A stretch of DNA of 64,000 nucleotides from Occultella glacieicola (GTDB taxonomy: Bacteria; Actinomycetota; Actinomycetes; Actinomycetales; Beutenbergiaceae), in contig NZ_SMNA01000005.1 of assembly GCF_004353825.1 (NCBI RefSeq), positions 124,001 to 188,000 on the forward strand, in the 5' to 3' direction. The translations under genes were made by a program, and so were the position numbers. The notes under the pieces were generated by a model. It ran no database searches and was not told where the DNA came from. It saw only the letters and a program-made list of their open reading frames with translations. Below, in pieces: positions 11,050 to 22,648 of the stretch; position 1 is the first letter of the stretch; each line of letters starts with the position of its first letter.

Positions 11050-12597
11050 TCAGGACGTGGCGCCGCGCTCGCGCTCGGCGCGGGCCTGCGGGGAGAGTTC
11101 CTCGGTCGCGCTGGCCGCGGCGGCCGCCTCGGCCGCGGCCGTGCCCGGACGGCGGCTGACCACCCAGCCCTCGATGTTGCGCTGGTTTCCCTGGCTGACG
11201 GCGAGTGCCCCCGGCGGGACGTCCCGCCGCAGCACAGTGCCGGCGCCGGAGTACGCGCCGTCGCCCACCGTCACGGGTGCCACGAACATGTTGTCCGCAC
11301 CGGTCCGGGCGTGCGAGCCGATCACCGTGCGGTGCTTGTGGACGCCGTCGTAGTTGACGGTGACGCTCGCGGCGCCGACGTTCGAGTCGTGGCCGATCGT
11401 GGCGTCCCCGATGTAGGACAGGTGCGGGACCTTCGAGCGCTCCCCGATCTCGGAGTTCTTCACCTCGACGAACGTGCCGATCTTGCCCTTGGCGCGCAGG
11501 ATCGCGCCGGGCCGCAGGTAGGCGAACGGGCCGACGCTCGCGCCGTCACCGATCTGGGACTCGGACCCGTGCGTGCGCACCACGCTCGCGTTCTCCCCGA
11601 CCTGCACGTCGCGCAGGGTCGTCTCCGGGCCGATCGTGGAGCCCGCGCCGACCTGCGTGGCCCCGTGCAGCTGGGTGCCCGGCAGCAGGGTGACGTCCGG
11701 GGCGAGCTCGACGTCCGCGTCCACCCAGGTGGTGGCCGGGTCCACCACGGTGACCCCGGCGCGCATCCACTCGGTGAGGATCCGGCGGTTCAGCTCGGCG
11801 CCCAGGGTGGCCAGCTGGACCCGGTCGTTGACGCCCTCGACGAGCAGGGAGTCCTCGGCGATGACGGCGCGCACGTGCTGGCCGGCCTCGCGCGCGATGG
11901 CGATCACGTCGGTCAGGTAGACCTCGCCCTGGGCGTTGTCCCGGCCGAGGCGCCCGAGCGCGTCCCGGAGCACGGCGGCGTCCATGACGTACACGGAGGA
12001 GTTGATCTCGTCGATCAGGGCCTGCTCGGTGGTCGCGTCCTTCTGCTCCACGATCCCGACGACGTCGCCCGTGCCGTCCTCGCGCACGATCCGCCCGTAG
12101 CCGGTCGGGTCGGGCACCACCGTGGTGAGCACCGTCACGGCGTTGCCGTCCTCGACGTGTGCCTCCAGCAGTGCGGCAAGCGTTCCGGTGTCCAGCAGCG
12201 GTACGTCGCCGGCGACGATCACGACCGGTCCCTCCAGACCCGCTCCGGACCCGCCCAGCGGCGCCGGGCCGTCGAGGTCGGCGACGGCGCGGCTCTGCGC
12301 GGCGGCGTCCGCGACCTCCATGGCGCACTGCACGGCACGACCGGTGCCCGGGATCTCGTCCTGGTCGGCGATCAGGGCCTCGGGGTCGACCTCCTGCACG
12401 TGCGCGGCGACCAGGTCACGCTCGTGACGCACCACGACCACGAGGTGCTCCGGGTCCAGACCGCGGGCGCCGACGATCGCATGGCCGACGAGGGACCGGC
12501 CACCGATGCCGTGCAGCACCTTCGGGGTGGCGGATTTCATCCGGGTGCCCTGACCTGCGGCGAGTACGAGGACGGCGGCGGGACGCTTCAGGCTCAC
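11050..12597 (-). CDS. glmU: Bifunctional UDP-GlcNAc pyrophosphorylase / glucosamine-1-phosphate acetyltransferase
   Basis: LAAGQGTRMKS, GYGRI, NAQGEVYLTD, hexapeptide repeats, PHLSYIGDA. Confidence 0.98.
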   Translation of the reverse strand: MSLKRPAAVLVLAAGQGTRMKSATPKVLHGIGGRSLVGHAIVGARGLDPEHLVVVVRHERDLVAAHVQEVDPEALIADQDEIPGTGRAVQCAMEVADAAAQSRAVADLDGPAPLGGSGAGLEGPVVIVAGDVPLLDTGTLAALLEAHVEDGNAVTVLTTVVPDPTGYGRIVREDGTGDVVGIVEQKDATTEQALIDEINSSVYVMDAAVLRDALGRLGRDNAQGEVYLTDVIAIAREAGQHVRAVIAEDSLLVEGVNDRVQLATLGAELNRRILTEWMRAGVTVVDPATTWVDADVELAPDVTLLPGTQLHGATQVGAGSTIGPETTLRDVQVGENASVVRTHGSESQIGDGASVGPFAYLRPGAILRAKGKIGTFVEVKNSEIGERSKVPHLSYIGDATIGHDSNVGAASVTVNYDGVHKHRTVIGSHARTGADNMFVAPVTVGDGAYSGAGTVLRRDVPPGALAVSQGNQRNIEGWVVSRRPGTAAAEAAAAASATEELSPQARAERERGATS

Positions 12598-12652
12598 CCG
12601 CCCACTCTAACGTCGGGCGAGGCCCCACCATGCCGGTGCGGTGGGTGCCCGG

Positions 12653-12727
12653 TGGCTCCGCCCCCAGGATTCGAACCCGGACTGCACGGCACCAAAGGCC
12701 GGCGTGCTGCCATTACACCAGGGCGGA
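12653..12727 (-). tRNA. tRNA-Gln (anticodon TTG), CCA encoded
   Basis: Acceptor stem TCCGCCC/GGGCGGA, anticodon loop CTTTGGT, T-loop GTTCGAATC, 3' GCCA. Confidence 0.96.
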
Positions 12728-12853
12728 ACGGGCCCGCGCCCGCGCGACCGCGGGCGAAGACCGGGGACCAGTCTGCCAAACTTCCGGCGGTGATCGATCC
12801 CACACCGACCACCTGCCCGGCCCACCGCGGAGCCCGCACGGCATGATGGACCC

Positions 12854-13510
12854 ATGCCCGAGACGTCCCGACGCCCCAGTCGACCCCGGATGACCGGCAG
12901 CGAGCGCCGCGAGCAGCTCCTCGGGGTCTCCCGGTCGCTGTTCGCCGAACGCGGCTTCGAGGGCACCAGCGTCGAGGAGATCGCGGCCCGGGCGCAGGTC
13001 TCCAAGCCCGTCGTCTACGAGCACTTCGGCGGCAAGGAGGGCGTGTACGCGGTGATCGTCGACCGTGAGGTGCAGACGCTGCTCGCGGCGCTGATCGGCC
13101 CCCTGAAGCGTGGCGGGCACCCACGGGTGACCGTGGAGGCCACCGCCCTGGCGCTGCTCGACTACATCGAGACGAACACCGACGGGTTCCGCATCCTGGT
13201 CCGGGACTCGCCGGTCGCGCAGGCCACCGGCACGTTCTCGTCCCTGATCGGGGACGTGGCCACCCAGGTGGAGTCGGTCCTGGCGGACCAGTTCCGGCGG
13301 CAGGGCTTCGACCCGGCCAACGCGCCGATGTACGCGCAGATGCTGGTGGGCATGATCGCGCTGACCGGCCAGTGGTGGCTCGAGGCCCGCTCCCCGGACA
13401 AGTCGGTGGTGGCCGCCCACCTGGTGAACCTCGCCTGGAACGGCCTGCGGGCGCTCGAGGTCGAGCCCAGGCTGACCCCGGCCGCGGTGCGGCAGCGCCA
13501 GAACGGCTGA
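12854..13510 (+). CDS. TetR/AcrR family regulator (conserved neighbour of glmU and tRNA-Gln)
   Basis: LFAERGFEGTSVEEIAARAQVSKPVVYEHFGGKE HTH. Confidence 0.95.
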   Translation: MPETSRRPSRPRMTGSERREQLLGVSRSLFAERGFEGTSVEEIAARAQVSKPVVYEHFGGKEGVYAVIVDREVQTLLAALIGPLKRGGHPRVTVEATALALLDYIETNTDGFRILVRDSPVAQATGTFSSLIGDVATQVESVLADQFRRQGFDPANAPMYAQMLVGMIALTGQWWLEARSPDKSVVAAHLVNLAWNGLRALEVEPRLTPAAVRQRQNG

Positions 13511-13600
13511 CCCCGCGGCGGGCCGCGGCAGGTGAGGTTCGCGGGTGGGGTGCGCTAGCGTCGGAGCGTCCTCAACCCACTCACCGGAGGAACCGGGCCC

Positions 13601-14539
13601 GTGGCCACGCTCGAGATCGACCACCTGAACAAGAGTTACGGAACGCTCCGGGCTCTCAAGGACATGACCTTCTCCGTCGAGTCCGGCGAGATCTTCGGCT
13701 TCGTCGGCTCGAACGGGGCCGGCAAGACGACGACGATGCGTATCGCCCTCGGCGTGCTCCGCCCGGACTCCGGCGAGGTGCGCTGGGACGGGCGCCCGCT
13801 GGACCTACAGATGCGCCGCCGGGTCGGCTACATGCCGGAGGAGCGCGGGCTGTACCCGAAGATGAAGGTGGGCGAGCAGCTCACCTACCTGGCCCGGCTC
13901 CACGGGATGTCCGCCGCGGACGCACGTGCCGCCGTCGAGCACTGGACCGAGGTGCTCGGGGTGGCCACCCGCCGCGGCGACGAGGTGCAGAAGCTCTCGC
14001 TCGGGAACCAGCAGCGGGTGCAGCTCGCGGCCGCGCTGGTGCACGACCCGCAGGTCCTGGTCCTGGACGAGCCGTTCTCCGGTCTCGACCCGGTCGCCGT
14101 GGACGTCATGAGCGGGGTGCTCCGCGAGCGGGCCGCCGCCGGGGTGCCCACCGTGTTCTCCTCCCACCAGCTCGATCTGGTCGAGCGGCTCTGCGACCGG
14201 GTCGGCATCGTCCGGGGCGGTGAGATGGTCGCGCTGGGCAGCATCGACGAGCTCCGCACCACCGCCACCTCCCGCTGGCGGGTGGTCGCTCCGGACGCAC
14301 CGCCCGGGTGGGCGGACGACCTCGCCGGCACCACGGTGCTGGAGGCCGACGGCGACACGACCGTTCTCGAGCTCGGCGGCGCCGGGGTGGGGGCCGAGCA
14401 GGCGATCCTGCAGGCGGCCCTGGCCCACTCCCCCGTGCGGGAGTTCACTCAGGTGCGCCCCACCCTGACCGACCTCTTCCGGCACGTCGTCTCCGCGGAC
14501 GACGCCGCTGCCGCGGCCACCGAGGAGAAGGCAGCGTGA
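13601..14539 (+). CDS. ABC transporter ATP-binding protein (ABC-2 type)
   Basis: GSNGAGKTT, LSLGNQQR, VLDEPFSGLD; RBS GGAGGA. Confidence 0.95.
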   Translation: MATLEIDHLNKSYGTLRALKDMTFSVESGEIFGFVGSNGAGKTTTMRIALGVLRPDSGEVRWDGRPLDLQMRRRVGYMPEERGLYPKMKVGEQLTYLARLHGMSAADARAAVEHWTEVLGVATRRGDEVQKLSLGNQQRVQLAAALVHDPQVLVLDEPFSGLDPVAVDVMSGVLRERAAAGVPTVFSSHQLDLVERLCDRVGIVRGGEMVALGSIDELRTTATSRWRVVAPDAPPGWADDLAGTTVLEADGDTTVLELGGAGVGAEQAILQAALAHSPVREFTQVRPTLTDLFRHVVSADDAAAAATEEKAA

Positions 14540-15720
14540 ACACCGTCTGGCAGGTGGCCGCCCGCGAGGTCCGTACCCGGCTCTTCGCGAAGGCGACCAT
14601 CATCTCCACCCTCGTGGTGCTGGTCCTGATCGTCGCCGGGGTGGTCGCGGTCAAGATCATCGCTGACAACGATGCCGGTTCCGAGGCCGAACGGGTGGGC
14701 ATCGCGGCCGAGACCGCGGACCTCGGCCCCGCCCTCTCGGCGGCCGCCGAGTCCGCGGGGTACCCGATCGAGCTCACCGAGACCACCACCGGTGACGCCA
14801 CCACCGCGATCACCGACGGCGACCTGGCCGCGTTCGTCTCCGGGGACCCGCGGGCCCCGGTGCTGCTCGTCGAGGACTCCCCCGCACCGGAACTGCTGAC
14901 CGCACTGACGACGGCGGCCCAGCAGTACGTGATGTCCAGCGCCATCACCGACCTCGGCGGGGACCCGGCCCAGGTCGGCACGGACGTGGCGGCCGCCGCA
15001 CCCACGGTCGAGGCGCTGTCCACCGAGGAGACCGAGTTCGACCCGTACGCGTTCATCGTGGCGATGGTCACCTGCGCGCTGTTGCTGTTCACCCTGCTGC
15101 AGAGCGGCTCGCTGATCGCGATGGGCGTGGTGGAGGAGAAGGTGAGCCGGGTCGTGGAGATCCTGCTCGCCACGATCCGGCCGGCCCAGCTCATGGGCGG
15201 CAAGATCCTCGGCATCGGAATCGTCGGCCTCGTGCAACTGCTGGTGTTCGGCGGCGCCGCGGCGATCGCGGCCGCGGCCACCGGCCTCCTCGACGGCGTG
15301 GACCTGAACCTCGGCAGCGCGTTCGTGTGGATGCTGGTCTGGTTCCTGCTCGGCTTCGCCCTGTACGCGGTGCTGTTCGGTGGCTTCGCGGCCCTGGTCT
15401 CCCGGCAGGAGGACATCGGCGCGGTGACCACGCCGATGATCTTCGGGATGATGGCGCCGTTCTACCTGGCCATCTACCTGGTCCCGAACCTCCCGGACTC
15501 CCCGGTGGTGAGGATCCTGTCCCAGGTCCCGTTCTTCGCGCCGTTCATGATGCCGGTCCGGCAGGCGTTCGACGCGGTCGAGGCCTGGGAGCTCGCGCTG
15601 TCGATCGGGCTCTGTGTCGTGTTCGTGCCGTTGCTGGTGTGGCTCGCCGGGCGGGTCTACTCCCGGGCGGTCCTGAACACGGGCGGCCGGATGAAGCTCA
15701 AGGACGCCCTGGCCCGCTGA
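14536..15720 (+). CDS. ABC-2 transporter permease (NatB/YhaP-like)
   Basis: GTGA overlap with the ATPase gene; VVEEKVSRVVEILL...GKILG motif; several TM helices. Confidence 0.93.
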   Translation: MNTVWQVAAREVRTRLFAKATIISTLVVLVLIVAGVVAVKIIADNDAGSEAERVGIAAETADLGPALSAAAESAGYPIELTETTTGDATTAITDGDLAAFVSGDPRAPVLLVEDSPAPELLTALTTAAQQYVMSSAITDLGGDPAQVGTDVAAAAPTVEALSTEETEFDPYAFIVAMVTCALLLFTLLQSGSLIAMGVVEEKVSRVVEILLATIRPAQLMGGKILGIGIVGLVQLLVFGGAAAIAAAATGLLDGVDLNLGSAFVWMLVWFLLGFALYAVLFGGFAALVSRQEDIGAVTTPMIFGMMAPFYLAIYLVPNLPDSPVVRILSQVPFFAPFMMPVRQAFDAVEAWELALSIGLCVVFVPLLVWLAGRVYSRAVLNTGGRMKLKDALAR

Positions 15721-15766
15721 GGTTGCGCCGCTCGAGCCGGCACGAGCGGCGGTCCCCGGAAGGTCT

Positions 15767-15784
15767 CTCGATGTCGAGTAATCT
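15767..15784 (+). promoter_or_regulatory. Palindromic operator CTCGA-TG-TCGAG adjoining -10 TAATCT of the MarR gene
   Basis: Perfect inverted repeat 15767-15778; -10 is 6 nt before the ATG. Confidence 0.65.
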
Positions 15785-15790
15785 CTGGGC

Positions 15791-16285
15791 ATGACCGGAC
15801 AGGACGAGGTCGACCGGATCGTCGAGGCCTGGGAGCGCGAGCGCCCCGACCTCGACGTCGACCCGTTGCGGGTGTTCTCCCGGGTCTCCCGGCTCGCCCG
15901 GCACCTCGACCTGGCCCGGCGGGCCGCCTTCGCCCAGCACGGGCTGGAGGTCTGGGAGTTCGATGTGCTCTCCGCGCTGCGCCGGGCCGGAGCCCCGTAC
16001 GAGCTCACCCCGGGCACTCTGCTGACCCAGACCCTGGTGTCCTCGGGCACCATGACGAACCGGATCGACCGGCTCGTCGACCACGGCCTGGTGCTGCGGC
16101 ACTCCGCGCCCGGCGACCGCCGGGTGGTCCTGGTGCGGCTGACCGAGCGCGGCCAGGAGATCGTCGACGCCGCCATGACCGACCTGCTCGCCCGCGAGGC
16201 GGCCCTGCTCGACCGGCTGCGCCCGGGCGAGGACGCCGAACTCGCGGCGACCCTACGGACCCTGCTCACCCCCTTCGAGAACTGA
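15791..16285 (+). CDS. MarR family regulator, TamR/UrtR-like
   Basis: DEVDRIVEAWERERPDLD N-terminal helix, EFDVLSALRRAG, SGTMTNRIDRL. Confidence 0.92.
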   Translation: MTGQDEVDRIVEAWERERPDLDVDPLRVFSRVSRLARHLDLARRAAFAQHGLEVWEFDVLSALRRAGAPYELTPGTLLTQTLVSSGTMTNRIDRLVDHGLVLRHSAPGDRRVVLVRLTERGQEIVDAAMTDLLAREAALLDRLRPGEDAELAATLRTLLTPFEN

Positions 16286-16429
16286 CCCACCCCGCCCACC
16301 ACCCCCCCGCCGTCGCCCCCTCCCCCGCCCCTACGGGCTCGAGCGCGCGGTTGCCACGGGTCGACCGCGCCGTGACCCGGGCTACCGCGCGTTCGGCGAC
16401 CGGCCCGGTCGCGTCTACGCTTGTCCCCG

Positions 16430-18205
<1,776 letters not shown>

Positions 18206-18244
18206 TGCACCGGAGCCCCGCGGGTCGCGGCCTATATTGGGGCG

Positions 18245-18607
18245 ATGGGCGTGAAGGCAGCGAGTATCGACGAGTACCTGGATGAGGTCGACCCCGCATC
18301 CCGGCAGGAGCTCGAACGGATCCGCGTGCTGGTGACCCGGCTCGTGCCGAGCGTCGAGGAGTCGATGAGTTACGGCATGCCCACACTGAAGTACAAGAAC
18401 CGTGCGCTGGTGTACTTCACCGCGTCCAAGAGGCACCTGAGCTTCTTTCCCTCCTCCTGGGCGATCGAGGAGCTGAAGGACCGGCTGACGGACTACAGGA
18501 CCACCGAGCACGCGATCCAGTTCACGCTGGAGAAGCCGCTGCCCACCCCATTGATCGAGGATCTCGTTCGCGTCCATGTGCGCGAGATCGACGCCGACCG
18601 GCAGTGA
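18245..18607 (+). CDS. DUF1801 (YdhG-like) protein
   Basis: SIDEYL, EESMSYGMP, IQFTLEKPLP. Confidence 0.85.
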   Translation: MGVKAASIDEYLDEVDPASRQELERIRVLVTRLVPSVEESMSYGMPTLKYKNRALVYFTASKRHLSFFPSSWAIEELKDRLTDYRTTEHAIQFTLEKPLPTPLIEDLVRVHVREIDADRQ

Positions 18608-18665
18608 CCCGATTGTCCTCGTCGAAGCCCCCCGGGCAGCTGGAGCGGGTCGCGGCGAGCACACG

Positions 18666-20885
18666 CTAGCCGACGGCCGGGGCTGTGGACTCCTCTCGGA
18701 GCCCGAACCGGCGGAAGACCGGCACCAGGAACGCCGGCGCCCACCAGTTGGCGGCTCCGGCGAGGCGCATGAACGCGGGGACGAGGATGCCGCGGATGAC
18801 GGTGGCATCGATCGCGATCGCCACGGCGACCCCGATCCCGATCATCTGCAGGTACATGACCGAGCCGGTCGCGTAGACGCCGAAGGAGACCGCGAGGGTG
18901 AGCGCCGCGGCGGTGATCAGCGGGGCGCTGCGCTGCAGGCCGGCGAGCACGGCACGGTCGGCCTCGCCCGTGCGTTCGTACTCCTCCCGGATCCGGGACA
19001 CCATGAACACCTCGTAGTCCATCGAGAGCCCGTAGACGACGCAGAACATCAGGATCGGGAAGGCCGGATCGAGGGTGCCGACGGGCGTGAAGCCGATCAG
19101 GTCCGCCAGAAGGCCGTTCTGGAACACCGCGGTCAGCACGCCGAACATGACCCCGATGCTGAGCAGGTTCAGCACCGTGGCCTTGAGCGGGATCAACAGA
19201 CTTCCGGTGAGCAGGAACAACAGCACGAAGGTGACGGCCAGGATGAGGCCCGCGATCAGCGGTAGGCGTTCGAGCAGGGCCGCGCGGAAGTCGACGAGCT
19301 GCGCCGGGTAGCCGCCGACGAGCGTCGCCTCGAACGGGCCCTCGAGGGAGCGCACGTCGGCGACGATCCGGGCCGCGTCGCCGTCGAGGTCCGCGCGCAC
19401 GGGAATCGCCTCGAGGCGCTGCGACTGCCCGGACTCGAGCCGCTCGTCACCATCGCCGACCCGGGTTCCGTCGACGAACACGCCGACCGCGGAGTTCACC
19501 TGGGCGATCCCGGCGATCCGGGACATCGCCGCGGCGTAGGCCTCCACCTCGGCGGATTCGGGCTGGGCCACCCCGTCCCCGGTCGCGACCACATGGAGCG
19601 CGTCGTTGGCCTCGGTGCCGAAGTCCGTGCGCAACCGGTCGTAGGTGGCGCGCACCGAGGAGCCCTGCGCGAGCACCCGATCGTCGGGGACGCCGATCTG
19701 GACGCCGAGGGCGGGGGCGGCCACGGCGAGCAGAGCGAGCAGGGCGGCGCCGCCCCAGACGATCGGCCGGCGCATGACCCGCTGACCGAGCCGGTACCAA
19801 CGGCCCTGCTCGATCGGCCTCGGCGCGGGGACCGTGATGCCCCGGCGCGCCATCCGCTCGCCCAGGACCGCGAGCGCCGCGGGAAGGATGACGATCGCCC
19901 CGAGGGCAGCCGTGAGAACGGTGAGCACCCCGGCGTAGGCGAAGGAACGCAGGAACGGGAACGGCAGCGCGAGCAGCACCGCGACCGAGGCGGCCACGGT
20001 CAGTCCGCTGAAGACGACCGTGCGTCCGGCCGTGTTGAGCGTCTCGCGCAGGGCGAAGCGGACTGTCGCCCCGTGGGCGAGCGCCTCGCGGAACCGGGAG
20101 ATCAGGAAGAGGCTGTAGTCGACGCCCAGGCCGATGCCCATCACGAGCACGATGTTGGAGGCGAAACTCGCGATCTCGACCACCGCGGTGAGCGCCCGTA
20201 GCCCGGCCAGCGTCGCGATCACTGAGAACAGGCCCACCCCGAGCGTGAGCAGCGCGGAACTCACGCGTCGGTAGATGAACACCAGCAGGATGAGCATGAG
20301 CGGGATGATGATCAGTTCCGCCCGCACGAAGTCCTGCGTGGCCTGGGCGCTGATCTGCGTCGAGGCCGCCTCCGAGCCCGCCACTTGGACGGTGACCGTG
20401 GCGTCCTCGCGGGTGTAGTCCGGGATGTACTCGGCGATGGCCGCACGGGCCTCGGTGGCGTCGCCCGTCACGTGGGCGAGCACCAGCGCGGACGCGCCGT
20501 CGTCGCTGCGCAGCGTCCCGTCGCCACCCAGCGACCAGTACGACCACACGTCCCCGACGGCGTCCTCGCGGGCCAGTTCGTCGGCGACGGCGGTCGCGGA
20601 CCGCGCCACGTCCGGATCGTCGACGTGACCGTCCACGGCCGTGATCAGGAGGATCAGGTTGGAGTTGCCGGTGGCGAACTCCTCGCGCAGCACCTCCTGC
20701 GCGGCCACGGACTCGCTCCCGGCCGCCTCCCAGCGGTTCAGCACGAACGAGGACAGGGCGCCGGCGGCGATCGCGCTAAGTCCGGCGAGCACCACCAGCG
20801 CGCCGATCAGCACCGGCCTGCGGCGGCGATAGATGACCTCGCCGAGGCGTTCGAGGACGGTGTTCGACGGCGGCGCATCGGTCAC
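18666..20885 (-). CDS. MMPL family transporter
   Basis: GLGVDYSLFLISRFRE, TAGRTVVFSG, GLSMDYEVF, DATVIRGILVPA. Confidence 0.95.
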   Translation of the reverse strand: MTDAPPSNTVLERLGEVIYRRRRPVLIGALVVLAGLSAIAAGALSSFVLNRWEAAGSESVAAQEVLREEFATGNSNLILLITAVDGHVDDPDVARSATAVADELAREDAVGDVWSYWSLGGDGTLRSDDGASALVLAHVTGDATEARAAIAEYIPDYTREDATVTVQVAGSEAASTQISAQATQDFVRAELIIIPLMLILLVFIYRRVSSALLTLGVGLFSVIATLAGLRALTAVVEIASFASNIVLVMGIGLGVDYSLFLISRFREALAHGATVRFALRETLNTAGRTVVFSGLTVAASVAVLLALPFPFLRSFAYAGVLTVLTAALGAIVILPAALAVLGERMARRGITVPAPRPIEQGRWYRLGQRVMRRPIVWGGAALLALLAVAAPALGVQIGVPDDRVLAQGSSVRATYDRLRTDFGTEANDALHVVATGDGVAQPESAEVEAYAAAMSRIAGIAQVNSAVGVFVDGTRVGDGDERLESGQSQRLEAIPVRADLDGDAARIVADVRSLEGPFEATLVGGYPAQLVDFRAALLERLPLIAGLILAVTFVLLFLLTGSLLIPLKATVLNLLSIGVMFGVLTAVFQNGLLADLIGFTPVGTLDPAFPILMFCVVYGLSMDYEVFMVSRIREEYERTGEADRAVLAGLQRSAPLITAAALTLAVSFGVYATGSVMYLQMIGIGVAVAIAIDATVIRGILVPAFMRLAGAANWWAPAFLVPVFRRFGLREESTAPAVG

Positions 20886-20955
20886 GATGTCTTCTCCAGT
20901 GGTCTCCGGTGGCGGACGGCAACGCGGTGCGGCTGATCGCCCCTGCTAACGTTGT

Positions 20956-20997
20956 GCGAGCAGATGCTCGCGTTTAACAATACGAGTAAATGCTCGT
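20956..20997. promoter_or_regulatory. Two 16-bp palindromic TetR-type operators (GCGAGCA-GA-TGCTCGC; ACGAGTA-AA-TGCTCGT)
   Basis: At 20956-20971 and 20982-20997, between divergent mmpL and tetR. Confidence 0.75.
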
Positions 20998-21054
20998 GTT
21001 GTCGAGAGTGCGGAGAAGGAGGGCTCATGGCGGGCGGGGAGCGAGGGTGGGTTG

Positions 21055-21687
21055 ATGGCAGGCGACGGTAGAGTCACCGAGGGCACGCCCGCGGCGCCAC
21101 GGCGCCAGGCCCGCGGTCAGCAGCGGATCCAGGAGATCCTGCACGCCGCCGCCGCGGTCTTCGGCGAACAGGGCTACGACGCGACCACCACCAACGCGAT
21201 CGCGAAGCGCGCCGGCATCTCACCGGGCTCGCTGTACCAGTTCTTCAAGGACAAGGACGACATCGCCCGGTCGCTGGCCGCCCACTACGCCGCCCAGCTC
21301 ACCGCCCTGCGCGCCGGCGTGTTCACGGTGGAGACCGTCGACGGTGCCGACCTCGAAGATCTCGTCGATGCCGTGCTCGGACCGCTCGTGGCCTTCAACC
21401 TGGCCCACCCCGGCTTCAAGGCACTCTTCGCCAGGACGGACATGCCCGCGGGCCTGCGCGACGCCGTCGCCCCGATCCAGGCGACGATCCATCAACGGGT
21501 GGCCGACCTCATCGCCCTCCTCGTCCCGGACCGTCCACCCGAGGGCGTCGCCCGCACGGCGACGGTCGCCATCCAGCTGGTGCGCGCCATGACCCCGCTG
21601 ATCACCGAGGCAGAGGGACCGGAACGCGACGCCCTGACCGCGGAGCTGCGCGAGGCCCTCGTCGGCTACCTGCGTCGGCAGGTCTGA
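21055..21687 (+). CDS. TetR/AcrR family regulator
   Basis: RQARG..RIQEIL, TTTNAIAKRAGISPGSLYQFF. Confidence 0.93.
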   Translation: MAGDGRVTEGTPAAPRRQARGQQRIQEILHAAAAVFGEQGYDATTTNAIAKRAGISPGSLYQFFKDKDDIARSLAAHYAAQLTALRAGVFTVETVDGADLEDLVDAVLGPLVAFNLAHPGFKALFARTDMPAGLRDAVAPIQATIHQRVADLIALLVPDRPPEGVARTATVAIQLVRAMTPLITEAEGPERDALTAELREALVGYLRRQV

Positions 21688-21715
21688 GGCCCGGAGCAGC
21701 TGGGTCGAACCGCAA

Positions 21716-22648
21716 CTATTCGGCCTCGCGGACCGACTCCACGAGCCGGGCACCGTGCGCCGGGCCGCTCACCACGAGCACCTCGTCGGCCACGTCCGCG
21801 CGCTCGAGGGCGGCGGCGATCGCGAGCGCCTGGGCGTGGTCCGGGGCGAGCGCCGCCACCGTGGGACCCGACCCGGAGACGAGGCCACGCAGGGCGCTGG
21901 TCCCGTCGAGCGCCTCGAACACCGGGCGCAACCGTGGCTGCAGCTGGATCACCGCCGGCTGCAGATCGTTGCGCAGGTGCCCGGCCAGGCGCCCCGGGTC
22001 ACCCGCGACGAGGGCCTGCATGAGGGCGTCCGAGACCCGGGGCGCGAACCTGGCGTCCGAGTTCAACTGGTCCCAGGCGCGGAGCACCTCCCGGGTGCTC
22101 AGTCCGTCCTCGATGATCGCCAGCACCCAGTGGAACCGCCCCCGCGCCAGCGCCGGGGTGAGCGCGTCGCCGCGTCCGAGCCCGACGGCGGTCTGTCCGG
22201 TGAGCGCGAACGGCACGTCCGGGCCGATCTCGGCGGCGAGATGGCCGAGCTCCTCCCGGGCCAGACCGGTGCCCCAGAGGAGGTCGCAGGCGAGCAGTGC
22301 GGCCGCGGCGTCCGCAGAGCCGCCGCCCATCCCACCGGCGGTCGGAACGCCCTTCGTGATCTGCAGGTGCACCCCGGCGTCGACCCCGGTGGCCTCGGCG
22401 AGCAGGGTCGCCGCGCGGTGGGCGAGGTTGCGCCCGTCGGTCGGGACCCGGTCCGCATGCCGGCCGGTGACGCTGACCCGGATAGCCTCGTCCGGGACCG
22501 CGAAGACGTCCTCGTAGAGGGTGACCGCCTGGAACACGGTGGCCAGCGGGTGGTGCCCGTCCTCCCCCTTCGGGCCGACGGCCAGGGACAGGTTGATCTT
22601 GCCGGGGGCGCGCACGTGCACAGCGCCGGCGGGGCGAGGTTCAGTCAT
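21716..22648 (-). CDS. ispE: 4-(cytidine 5'-diphospho)-2-C-methyl-D-erythritol kinase
   Basis: [36 protein letters not shown]. Confidence 0.96.
   Translation of the reverse strand: MTEPRPAGAVHVRAPGKINLSLAVGPKGEDGHHPLATVFQAVTLYEDVFAVPDEAIRVSVTGRHADRVPTDGRNLAHRAATLLAEATGVDAGVHLQITKGVPTAGGMGGGSADAAAALLACDLLWGTGLAREELGHLAAEIGPDVPFALTGQTAVGLGRGDALTPALARGRFHWVLAIIEDGLSTREVLRAWDQLNSDARFAPRVSDALMQALVAGDPGRLAGHLRNDLQPAVIQLQPRLRPVFEALDGTSALRGLVSGSGPTVAALAPDHAQALAIAAALERADVADEVLVVSGPAHGARLVESVREAE

Noticed and set aside
12653..12727. tRNA-Gln as an island integration site
   Set aside because: No integrase and no duplicated tRNA 3' end seen; the flanks are the conserved glmU and TetR genes.
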